From contig CBDFHJ010000008.1 of the NCBI GenBank assembly GCA_965247635.1, positions 135,653 through 199,652 on the forward strand: DNA of 64,000 nucleotides. Direction: 5' to 3'. Below are positions 1 to 9,599 of the stretch, piece by piece. Under the pieces are notes generated by a model, which worked only from the letters and a program-made list of their open reading frames with translations, made no database searches and was not told the DNA's origin. A program made the position numbers and the translations under genes. Numbering within the stretch: position 1 is the stretch's first letter; every line of letters begins with the position of its first letter. The stretch is from Dehalococcoidia bacterium (GTDB taxonomy: Bacteria > Chloroflexota > Dehalococcoidia > Lucifugimonadales > Australimonadaceae).

Positions 1-243
1 GCAGCCGTGGCCACGACCGTGCTCTACGACGTCGCGGCCAACGTGTACACGGGCGTCGCGTTGGCCCAGTTTACGGGAGGCGATGAGGTTGGCCGGTGGG
101 TTTGGGTAGCCCTGACCAGTCCTGGCGCTCTCTACTTCACCATGATGCACGTGAGCAGCAACGTTGCCTTCTTTGCTGCCTTCGGCCCCGGCCTCGTCAA
201 GGGCGTAGAGAAAGGGAAAGAAACCCTGGGATGCGAACGATAG
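1..243 (+). CDS. 3' end of a hydrophobic (membrane) protein gene; 5' end lies outside the window
   Basis: Frame 1 is open from nt 1 to TAG at 241-243. The translated tail (..VYTGVALAQF..WVWVALTSPGALYFTMMHVSSNVAFFAAFGPGL..) is TM-like. It overlaps the next gene start by 13 nt. No family recognised. Confidence 0.3.
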   Translation, partial: AAVATTVLYDVAANVYTGVALAQFTGGDEVGRWVWVALTSPGALYFTMMHVSSNVAFFAAFGPGLVKGVEKGKETLGCER

Positions 244-719
244 CTCCCTCCCGGCTATGTCTGGCAGCCATCCTGGCCATGGTGCTTAGCATGGCGGTCC
301 TGGTGGGCTGTGGTGAGGCGGACGCCTCCACACCCACGCCGACGCTGACGCCTACGCCCCTGCCAACGCACACCGTCAGCATGCTTATCGAGGTCGGCCC
401 CGACGACGCGCGTTGGTTCCGCGACGTGGAGGTACCCCAAGGGTACGACGCTTACCAACTGACCGAGCAGGTGACCGCGGGGGAGCTGGAAGCGACGTGG
501 TACCCCTCCTTGCGCGCCCACTTCGTGGAGTCGATCATGGGCGTGGCGAACGAAGGAGACTCCTTCTGGATCATCTTCCTGTGGGATGAGTTCAACGAGG
601 AGTGGAGTCCATTGACGGTGGGGTCGGGCTGGTTCTCGGTAAAGGACGGGCATACGCTGGCGTGGCACTACGTTGACACCGCCCAGCAGCCCTCACACCC
701 GCCGTCGCAGCTACCGTAG
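231..719 (+). CDS. secreted lipoprotein with DUF4430-like domain
   Basis: ATG at 231 gives MRTIAPSRLCLAAILAMVLSMAVLVGC, a signal peptide with lipobox LVGC. A Thr/Pro linker (TPTPTLTPTPLPT) follows, then a ~110-aa domain resembling DUF4430 (..FVESIMGV..FW..W..VKDGHTLAWHY). The listed ORF start at 96 would add an Arg-rich, non-protein-like N-terminus. Confidence 0.6.
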   Translation: MRTIAPSRLCLAAILAMVLSMAVLVGCGEADASTPTPTLTPTPLPTHTVSMLIEVGPDDARWFRDVEVPQGYDAYQLTEQVTAGELEATWYPSLRAHFVESIMGVANEGDSFWIIFLWDEFNEEWSPLTVGSGWFSVKDGHTLAWHYVDTAQQPSHPPSQLP

Positions 720-746
720 GCCTATGCGCAGGGCCATTTGCTAGTC

Positions 747-791
747 AAAGGCCGGCGTGCGCTTCCACGAAAGCGCGCCACGCTGGCCTTT
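747..791. terminator. long imperfect hairpin between convergent genes (candidate bidirectional terminator)
   Basis: AAAGGCCGGCGTGCGCTT (747-764) pairs with AAGCGCGCCACGCTGGCCTTT (771-791): about 18 bp with one G-U and a 3-nt bulge, loop CCACGA. It lies between the stop at 719 (+) and the stop at 819 (-). Confidence 0.45.
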
Positions 792-818
792 CACTGACGT
801 CTGGAGTGCGAATGGAGC

Positions 819-2084
819 CTAGCTGCCGGGGGCGGGCTCCACAGAGCCTTCCCTGAGGGTATACCCGTCAGGTGGCTCTGTGGTGGGCGTGATGGGGGTC
901 TCAGCGGGCTCAGGCCCTTCGACTGCGACCACCTCGGTGGCCAGGGCCGTTTCAGGCGAGGGTGTGACTTCAGCTTGCGTTTCCTCCGTGACCGTCTCCG
1001 CCTCTTCCGCTTCACGGGCTAACCGCCGCTCCCGGATACGTGTGCCGTAAGTGACGGCCAGCGAGTACAGGACCGCGGCGGCGGGCACCCCAAGCATCGC
1101 GCCCCAGATGCCCGCCAGCCGAGCGCCCATGACCACCGAAATGATGACGAGCATTGCGGGCATCCGTACGGCCTGGCCCAGGATGCGTGGGGTCAGAAGG
1201 TTCAGCATGACCTGCTGAATAAAGAGCAGCACCGCCAGCACGACGATAAAGGTGAAGAAGTCGCCGGATAGGCCGGCCACCAGCAGGGGTAGCGCCAGGG
1301 CTAACCAATCGCCAACGAACGGCACCACCAAAAGTAGGCTGGAGGCAATGGCCACGGGCAGGGCCAGGGGAAGTCCCGTGGAAAGCATGACCGTGGCGGT
1401 GCCCACGCCGTAGATGAGCGAGACTATCAGAAGGCCGCGCATGTACCCGTGGAAGGTGGAATCGAAGGTGTGAAGCACCATGTGGACTTCTCGCTCCCAG
1501 GCCGGGGGCAGCACGGTGAGCGCTTCGTTGAGCCGGCGGCCACCGTCGATGACGATGTAGAAGGAGAGGATGATGACCATGCCGATGGCAAATAACGTGG
1601 AGGCCGCCACCTGTGCGATGGAAGCGGCGTTTTCGGTGACGTAGTTGGTGGCCTGCGCGATCACGGAGTCGAAAGAGGAGAGCTGGTAGCGGTTGACCAG
1701 GTCAATCTGAACACCGATGTTCACCAGGAACGAGTCAACTCTGGCGAGCAGGTTAGGAATGCGCTCAACATACCCCGGAACGATGACTGCCAGCTCCGCT
1801 ATCTGGTCTGCCGTGGCCGGGACTACCAGAAACGCGAAGCCGACTATCATCACGACCAGGGTTAGGTACACCAGGAGAATGGCCAGCGGACGCCGCATAT
1901 GCGGTATGTTCATCAGGATGTTCACGAAGTGGAGTAGCAGTGAGCCTGCTAACCACGAGAAGAAGAGGATCAGAATCAGGTCGCCCATGAAGCTCCATAG
2001 GCGACCCAACGCCGTCACCAGATAGACGACGGCGCTCAGGCTGATCAGTACGAGCGCAACACGGAACCAGCGGCTGCGGTCCAT
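819..2084 (-). CDS. AI-2E family transporter (PerM/UPF0118-type permease)
   Basis: 421-aa polytopic membrane protein with the family layout: N-terminal TM pair, long loop, C-terminal TM bundle (..LVVPFVGDWLALALPLLVAG.., ..QQVMLNLLTPRILGQAVRMPAMLVIISVVMGARLAGIWGAMLGVP..). Acidic Glu/Thr/Pro tail. Confidence 0.85.
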   Translation of the reverse strand: MDRSRWFRVALVLISLSAVVYLVTALGRLWSFMGDLILILFFSWLAGSLLLHFVNILMNIPHMRRPLAILLVYLTLVVMIVGFAFLVVPATADQIAELAVIVPGYVERIPNLLARVDSFLVNIGVQIDLVNRYQLSSFDSVIAQATNYVTENAASIAQVAASTLFAIGMVIILSFYIVIDGGRRLNEALTVLPPAWEREVHMVLHTFDSTFHGYMRGLLIVSLIYGVGTATVMLSTGLPLALPVAIASSLLLVVPFVGDWLALALPLLVAGLSGDFFTFIVVLAVLLFIQQVMLNLLTPRILGQAVRMPAMLVIISVVMGARLAGIWGAMLGVPAAAVLYSLAVTYGTRIRERRLAREAEEAETVTEETQAEVTPSPETALATEVVAVEGPEPAETPITPTTEPPDGYTLREGSVEPAPGS

Positions 2085-2216
2085 TGTCCTTCCTACGGCC
2101 TTTATGGCGCTATTTTACACCCGCGGCGTAAGACCATGCCCGTCGGCGGCACGCTTGCACGGTGCATTGCCGCCTTACGAAGAAGGTCACCAAGCGCGGC
2201 AGGAGCGTAGCGGCCT

Positions 2217-4301
<2,085 letters not shown>

Positions 4302-4336
4302 GGGTGTCCTCAGCGGCGCTTGAGACTGCAATCCTT

Positions 4337-4555
4337 TCACATGAGATCCAGGAACTCCGCCACTGTAACGTCTGCGTCACGTATGAGGCGCCTCAACAGT
4401 CCCCTCCCGAGCTCCCTATGCCGGGGTACTGAGAGTGTAACTCGAACAGGATGCACGAGAATCATATGACTTCCCACGGTTCGTTCCCATCGGTATCCTA
4501 TACGGCGCATGGCCACCACGAACTCGTCGCCCGAGATGAGCGGCAGTGGTGGCAT
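4337..4555 (-). CDS. hicA: HicA-family toxin (type II TA mRNA interferase)
   Basis: 72 aa. ..[54 protein letters not shown] matches the HicA/YcfA pattern (GSH..., VP.H.EL..G.L..I...A). Its start overlaps the hicB stop (TGATG at 4553-4557). AT-richer than the flanks. Confidence 0.75.
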   Translation of the reverse strand: MPPLPLISGDEFVVAMRRIGYRWERTVGSHMILVHPVRVTLSVPRHRELGRGLLRRLIRDADVTVAEFLDLM

Positions 4556-5055
4556 CAGACGACGACCACGACCTCCTCCAGTTCCTCTTCCGGCAGCGGC
4601 TCGCCACGGTGCATAAGGCTGGCTAGATAGCCTCGCATCGCTTCCTGGATGTTTCGCCTTGCCTCATTCCTGGTGTGCCCTTGAGAGTGGCAGCCAGGCA
4701 GGGCCGGCACGCTGGCAACTATGTAACCGTCCTCGTCCGCTGCGTAGGTAACCGTATAACTGCGGCGCTTACTGTGGATGCTAGGCGTGGAATCATTTCC
4801 CTGTTGGCTTCGGTCTTCGACTCCAAGCTGGTTTGGGAACCAATACTCGACGATGCGCCCCACCCGTGCCTTGCGGATGTGACCCTTACTTGCCAGGTCC
4901 ACGAGGCTAGTGTCGAAGGTAATCGCTTTATAATCGTTTTCCCGAGCAAGCTCAGTAATTTCTGGTCCGGCACGCCTGTACCGTTTCTCGGGATTCTTTT
5001 TCAACTCGTCAAGAAGCAGCTGGCGTGACCGTGGCAAGTGGCGGTGGGGCCTCAT
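4555..5055 (-). CDS. hicB: HicB-like antitoxin with an unusual N-terminal (putative winged-helix) extension
   Basis: The C-terminal ~70 aa (SYTVTYAADEDGYIVASVPALPGCHSQGHTRNEARRNIQEAMRGYLASL) match the HicB/UPF0150 fold. The N-terminal ~95 aa are helical and basic (..LLLDELKKNPEKRYRRAGPEITELAREN..LASKGHIRKARVGRIVEYWFP). I saw no alternative in-frame start before the HicB fold. GGAGG lies 6 nt upstream of ATG 5055. Confidence 0.6.
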   Translation of the reverse strand: MRPHRHLPRSRQLLLDELKKNPEKRYRRAGPEITELARENDYKAITFDTSLVDLASKGHIRKARVGRIVEYWFPNQLGVEDRSQQGNDSTPSIHSKRRSYTVTYAADEDGYIVASVPALPGCHSQGHTRNEARRNIQEAMRGYLASLMHRGEPLPEEELEEVVVVV

Positions 5056-5083
5056 GGAATTCCTCCGGAGTGCAGAGTGCTCG

Positions 5084-5145
5084 TATCATAGATAAACAGA
5101 TGATATTGGTCAAGTTAAGTATTAGTTGTGTAACTATCATAGATA
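5084..5145 (-). promoter_or_regulatory. candidate hicBA promoter with two copies of an 11-bp palindromic operator
   Basis: TATCATAGATA (TATC-N3-GATA palindrome) occurs at 5084-5094 and 5135-5145. On the gene strand: TTGACC (5113-5108), 17-nt spacer, TATGAT (5090-5085), then GGAGG and ATG 5055. The proximal operator therefore covers the -10. Confidence 0.5.
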
Positions 5146-5184
5146 CATTAGGTGCCATGCAAACGCCAGGGATGTCCCGCACAG

Positions 5185-5850
5185 CTACATCAGGGCCAGC
5201 AGGTGCATGACGCTCGCGCCGGCCACGGGCACGGTCACGTTGTCGTCCACGGGCATGGGCAGCAGCTCCACCACCGCCGCGACGAGGAGTCCCGGTAAAA
5301 ACCACCAGGCCAGCGGCACGTCCGGGTGTAGCGTCGCCAAGACGCCCGCGGCGCCCGCGAAGACCACGAACGCCGCCGTGCCCGCCAGGGACTTGCCGAA
5401 CACGCGCCCCTTGGGGACGCGTGTGCCCACCAAAGCCGCCATGGGGTCGCCCACGGCCAGGAAAAGCAATGCCAGGATGGCGGCGGGCTTGTCGAACACC
5501 AAAATGACCAACGTGGCGGCTAGGAGCATGTACGTAGCACCGGTGATCAGGTGGCGCTCCGACGGCTTGAAGAGGGGGAGCAGTCGCAGCATCAGGTCGT
5601 TGGCCTGGGACCAGACCAGTCGTGTGACCTCGCCCAGCACCGCCAGCAAGCTCAGCGCGATGAGTCCCCATAACACCAAGGAGTCGGACAGGTATAGGAA
5701 CGCGATGGGGATGCTGCTGGCCGTGGCTATGTGAAACAGCCGTCGTGGCCACGGAATAAGCGCTATCGGCGGCGAGAGAGGCCTCTGCAGGGTAGGGGAA
5801 GGCTTGGGTTTGGGCTTGGCGGTTGGCTTAGAGCGGTGCATGGCGTGCAC
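5185..5850 (-). CDS. polyprenol/dolichol/phytol kinase-like membrane protein (CTP-dependent SEC59/DGK1/VTE5-CdsA superfamily)
   Basis: 221 aa, multi-TM. The C-terminal motif ..LAVGDPMAALVGTRVPKGRVFGKSLAGTAAFVVF.. resembles the nucleotide-binding motif of this family. Lys/Pro-rich N-terminus. Confidence 0.55.
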   Translation of the reverse strand: MHAMHRSKPTAKPKPKPSPTLQRPLSPPIALIPWPRRLFHIATASSIPIAFLYLSDSLVLWGLIALSLLAVLGEVTRLVWSQANDLMLRLLPLFKPSERHLITGATYMLLAATLVILVFDKPAAILALLFLAVGDPMAALVGTRVPKGRVFGKSLAGTAAFVVFAGAAGVLATLHPDVPLAWWFLPGLLVAAVVELLPMPVDDNVTVPVAGASVMHLLALM

Positions 5851-5876
5851 GGAGGCGGGTTGTCGGTGACGAGCGG

Positions 5877-7073
5877 TTACGAACGAGGCGCTCCGGCCAT
5901 GGTGCGTAGCTTGCTGACCAGGCTGGCAACCGTGTCAATCACGTAGTCTACCTCCTCCTCCGTGTTCTCGGGCCCCACAGTCAAGCGGAGACTCCCTCGC
6001 GCCAATTCGGTGGACTGTCCGGTGGCCAGTAGGACGTGCGATGGGTCCAGCGAGCCCGCGGTGCAGGCACTCCCGCTGGATGCGGCGATCCCCGCCAGGT
6101 CGAGGCCCAGCAGAATGGGCTCGCCCTCCACGCCCTCGAAGGAGACATTGACGTTATTTGCCAGGCGGTCATCAGGGTGCCCGTTCAGGTGCGTATCGGG
6201 TACGCGTTCGTGGATCCCGCTTATGAGCCGGTCACGCAAGGTCTGACAGTAGCGGCTGGCCTCTTCCCGGCGACGCTCCGCCATCTCCAGCGCAACGCTC
6301 ATGCCCACGATTGCCGCCACGTTCTCGGTGCCGGCGCGGCGGTCCCGCTCCTGGCTTCCGCCCACCTGGGTGGGAGCGAAGAGCGTGTTGCGCCGGACGT
6401 AGAGCAGGCCCACGCCCTTGGGGCCGTTGAACTTATGCGCGGATAGACTCAGCATGTCCACGCCCAGCCGTTGCACGTTGATATCCAGAAGCCCAGGCGC
6501 CTGCACGGCGTCGGTGTGCATGACGATGGTCCGCTTTAACGCTTGGGCCTTGGCCTTTACCAGCTGCGCGACCTCCGCCACCGGCTGAATTGTGCCGATC
6601 TCGTTGTTGGCCAGGATAAGGCTGACCACCGTGGTCTCCGGCGTAACGGCCGCCTCGACGTCTACCGGGTCAACCATGCCGCGGCGGTCGACGGGAACGT
6701 AGGTGACGGAGAAGCCTAGCTGCTCCAGGAGGTGGCCGCAGTTCAGCACCGCGTGGTGTTCCACCGAGGAGGTGACGATGTGGCGTCCGGTAGCCTGGAG
6801 GGCTACGGCCGCGCCCATCAGCGCCGCGTTGTCGGACTCGGTGCCGCCGCTCGTGAAGATGACCTCACCGGTCCGGGCGCCCAGGACCTTCGCCACGCGC
6901 TCCCGTGCTTCGTCCAGGCCCTGGCGGGCCTGCTGGCCGAGGGTGTAGATGCTGGAAGGGTTGCCGTAGGCCAAAGAGAAGTAGGGCTGCATGGCGGCCA
7001 GCACTTCAGGCGCCACCGCCGTAGTGGCGGCGTGGTCCATATACACTAACGGTCTGCCTTGGGCTGCCATCAA
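5877..7073 (-). CDS. cysteine desulfurase, NifS/IscS class (PLP-dependent)
   Basis: 398 aa. ..[14 protein letters not shown]....YGNPSS.Y..G.., PLP-lysine motif [18 protein letters not shown], and active-site loop SSGSACTAG near the C-terminus. Confidence 0.9.
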   Translation of the reverse strand: MMAAQGRPLVYMDHAATTAVAPEVLAAMQPYFSLAYGNPSSIYTLGQQARQGLDEARERVAKVLGARTGEVIFTSGGTESDNAALMGAAVALQATGRHIVTSSVEHHAVLNCGHLLEQLGFSVTYVPVDRRGMVDPVDVEAAVTPETTVVSLILANNEIGTIQPVAEVAQLVKAKAQALKRTIVMHTDAVQAPGLLDINVQRLGVDMLSLSAHKFNGPKGVGLLYVRRNTLFAPTQVGGSQERDRRAGTENVAAIVGMSVALEMAERRREEASRYCQTLRDRLISGIHERVPDTHLNGHPDDRLANNVNVSFEGVEGEPILLGLDLAGIAASSGSACTAGSLDPSHVLLATGQSTELARGSLRLTVGPENTEEEVDYVIDTVASLVSKLRTMAGAPRS

Positions 7074-7231
7074 GTGAATCTCCTAGCGCACTGCCGTTCG
7101 TAACCCTATTGTAGCCCTATTTTACAGGAGGGCGCGTCGTATCCGCTGCCCGCGTCCACGCTACAATTGGGAGGAGCCCCTACTATTCTAAGCCACTAAT
7201 CTGTTCAATAATTGTGGGGAGAGCTGCAGAG

Positions 7232-7339
7232 CCCGTTCATGGTTCGACAAGCTCACCACGAACGGGGAAAATCCGCTCCTCCTGAGCTGGTCGAAGGGTG
7301 AGCGGATTATGTCCCGACAGGTCGGGACTGACTCACCAC
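7232..7339 (+). repeat. modular palindromic intergenic repeat (MITE/REP-like), copy 1
   Basis: CCCGTTCATGGTTCGACAAGCTCACCACGAACGGGG...GAGCGGATTAT-GTCCCGACAGGTCGGGAC-TGACTCACCAC. It shares end modules and the GTCCCGAC..GTCGGGAC hairpin (7311-7328) with 46454-46628, which is in the opposite orientation. Confidence 0.7.
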
Positions 7340-7355
7340 CCACGGTGGGGGTGAC

Positions 7356-7991
7356 ATGAGACTGCTAAGGCTTGGTGTCGTCGTGGTCGTCTTTGGGGCT
7401 TTGATGGTCATGGCGGTGGCCTGCGCGGGCGAGGAGGACGGGCCGCTGCCCACCGACACCGCGACGACGATTGACTCCCTCCAGGACCTGGACAGCCTGC
7501 ACGACCTGCGTGCGGCGTTCCTTCAGGACGAAGGCAGCACGCGGTTGGTGCTGCTCGTGTCGCCGACCTGACCCGCCTGCACAGCGGGGGCCCGGTGGGT
7601 CCAGAAGGAGGTCCTCGATAAGCATCCCGATGCCGATCTCCAGGTCTACGCGGTCTGGTTCAACATAATCTTTAGCGACAGTGTGTCTAGGTGGTCTGCG
7701 GACGTCTTCACCGACCCCCGCGTGACCGAGTATTGGGACCAGGAACGCTTGGCGGGTAAGTGGTTCGCCGAAAACCTGGGCTTTTCTTTCGGACCGATCG
7801 CGTGGGATGTCTACTACCTGTTCGGCCCCGACGCTGCCTGGGAGGAGGAGCCGGCACCCCTGCTCGACGCCGGATTCACCATTCTTGGCCGCCGGGAGCA
7901 GCTTCTGTCCCACGTTGAGGGACTTATTGTGCAGTCGCCGTCCGGGGGTAGCGTGGCCGGCATCGAGTCCGTGGGTCCTCAGCGCGGGTAA
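7356..7991 (+). CDS. thioredoxin-fold lipoprotein interrupted by a single in-frame TGA at the CxxC position (candidate selenoprotein U-P-A-C, or pseudogene)
   Basis: ORFs 7356..7571 and 7683..7991 share a frame. The only stop between them is TGA at 7569-7571. Signal/lipobox MRLLRLGVVVVVFGALMVMAVAC, then ..RLVLLVSPT-TGA-PAC-TAGARWVQKEVL..VYAVWFNI..AWDVYYLFGP. Confidence 0.45.
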
Positions 7992-8020
7992 CGCTCTGGT
8001 ACGCGTCGTGGGCCTGGTGC

Positions 8021-8902
8021 CTACGTGGCGGAAGCCGTCGCGTAGGCCATGAGCTTGTAGGCCAGCTTCGCCGCGGTATAAGCGCACGCCTCCGGCCCTT
8101 CGGCGGGCGCCAGCTCCATGATGTCGAGGCCGACGATGCGACGCTCCCGGGCTACCGCCCGCAGCAGGCCTAGCACCTCCCACCAACCCATGCCGCCAGG
8201 CTCCGGCGTGCCCACGGCGGCCATGAACGAGGGGTCGAACACGTCCAGGTCCACGCTCACGTAAACGTTGGCCGATAGGTGGGCGATGAGGGCCTCGGCG
8301 TCGGAGATGGGCGCCGCCTCCCGGAGGAACATGGGGACAGCCCCCGCTTCGACCAGACGATGCGCCTCTTCGTGCACGCTGCGCACGCCCACCACCACTG
8401 CGGGGGCCCACTCCAGCATCCGGCGAGTGGCGCAGGCGTGACTATACCGCGAGCCCTGGTACTCGTCGGCCAAGTCGGTGTGCGCGTCCAGCACCAACAC
8501 GCTGAGGTTGTCGTGGTGCTGGGCCACCGCGCGGACCGCGGCCGACGTTAGGGAGTGGTCGCCTCCCAGCATGCACACCAACTTCCCCTGCGCCACGTAC
8601 CAGTCCACGGCCTGAGTGACCCGGGCAAGCATCTGCTCGGGGTCCCCGACGACGGGTTCTAGCGCCTGGGCCGTGTGGATGCCGACGCCGCAGGGAGAGA
8701 GTCCCAGCTCCGGGTCGAAATCCTCCATCTGATGGGAGGCACGCAGGATGGCGTATGGACCGTCCCGGGCGCCCGCCTTGTAGCTGGTGGCGGCGTCGTA
8801 GGGTACGGGCAGCACCACGACGCGGCTGCGGGCCAAGTCGTGGGCTTCGGGTGGAAGCGCCAGGAAGGTATGAGGGGTAGTTGGCCAACACGGGTCCCGC
8901 AC
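8021..8902 (-). CDS. speB: agmatinase / arginase-family ureohydrolase
   Basis: Mn-ligand motifs of the arginase family: GGDHSLT, LVLDAHTDL, SVDLDVFDPS..GTPEPGG, and IVGLDIMELAP. Confidence 0.85.
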   Translation of the reverse strand: MRDPCWPTTPHTFLALPPEAHDLARSRVVVLPVPYDAATSYKAGARDGPYAILRASHQMEDFDPELGLSPCGVGIHTAQALEPVVGDPEQMLARVTQAVDWYVAQGKLVCMLGGDHSLTSAAVRAVAQHHDNLSVLVLDAHTDLADEYQGSRYSHACATRRMLEWAPAVVVGVRSVHEEAHRLVEAGAVPMFLREAAPISDAEALIAHLSANVYVSVDLDVFDPSFMAAVGTPEPGGMGWWEVLGLLRAVARERRIVGLDIMELAPAEGPEACAYTAAKLAYKLMAYATASAT

Positions 8903-8952
8903 GCCTCACCTCATCGTATCCCTGCGTCGCAAGCACGTACCGCGGACTGTTG

Positions 8953-9366
8953 TTACAGCCGGCGCCGGACCGTCTCGCGCTCGCCTTCCACGACCTGCCG
9001 CGCTATAGCCGGGTCCAGGTGCTCCAGGCCCCGGTCCAGGGTCCAGCTCCTGACCTCTGCCATGGTAAAGACCTGACGGACCTCTTCCAACGCCCGCTGA
9101 GGGTCGAAGTCTATGCAGGAGAACACGTCGATGTTGACGTGGCCGCGGTCTGGGAACGTGTGGACGCTGATGTGGCTTTCCGCGATGATCACGAACCCGG
9201 AGACACCCCAGTCCTCCGGCTTCGGGCCGTGGTAGATATGGACCGCGGGAGGCGCGACCTTGGTCATGCTGATGGCGTCCGGATAAGTATCCAGGAAACG
9301 CCTCACGTGCTCCGGGTCCGCGAGCTGGTGGTAGTCGCAGCCGAACCCATCGACGATTAGATGCAT
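8953..9366 (-). CDS. speH: pyruvoyl-dependent S-adenosylmethionine decarboxylase proenzyme, small SpeH class (an arginine decarboxylase paralog is not excluded)
   Basis: 137 aa with the self-cleavage/active-site motif ..GFVIIAESHISVHTFPD..VNIDVFSC.. typical of class 1 AdoMetDC. It lies 50 nt upstream of speB. Confidence 0.75.
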   Translation of the reverse strand: MHLIVDGFGCDYHQLADPEHVRRFLDTYPDAISMTKVAPPAVHIYHGPKPEDWGVSGFVIIAESHISVHTFPDRGHVNIDVFSCIDFDPQRALEEVRQVFTMAEVRSWTLDRGLEHLDPAIARQVVEGERETVRRRL

Positions 9367-9599
9367 GCCGCTCTCCCGCGCCGCTGGAGTGGCTATTGGA
9401 CTAGCAGACGACGTCCGCCGGCGAGGCGGACACCGGCGTAGGATAGCATCGCCGCCCTCCTCTCACAACCGTGGGGTTTTTTGGGAGCACGCGCGGAACT
9501 TTTGTTGTAGGAAAAGACCCTCGCTTTTGTGGAGCCGTGAGGGTAGAGTAGGGCCGCTATGCTATACTTGCACCTGGCGTTCGTGCGCTGGAGGGCATC

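Noticed and set aside
309-350. ACN/CCN-rich stretches (also at about 15259-15345 and 49974-50015) considered as a shared DNA repeat
   Set aside because: They encode Thr/Pro linkers just after lipobox cysteines in three different lipoproteins. The similarity is a compositional and coding constraint, not a repeat element.
7365-8411. 348-aa minus-strand ORF spanning the thioredoxin-like gene and the 3' part of speB
   Set aside because: The translation is Arg/Gly/Pro/Ala-rich with no motifs. It runs antisense to or overlaps two ORFs with clear family signatures. This is a typical high-GC shadow ORF.
9405-9480. Hairpin GTCCGCC-ggcga-GGCGGAC and a T6 run upstream of speH, considered as a riboswitch or terminator
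   Set aside because: It matches no riboswitch core I can recognise. The T-run is not positioned after the hairpin on either strand in a terminator-like way.
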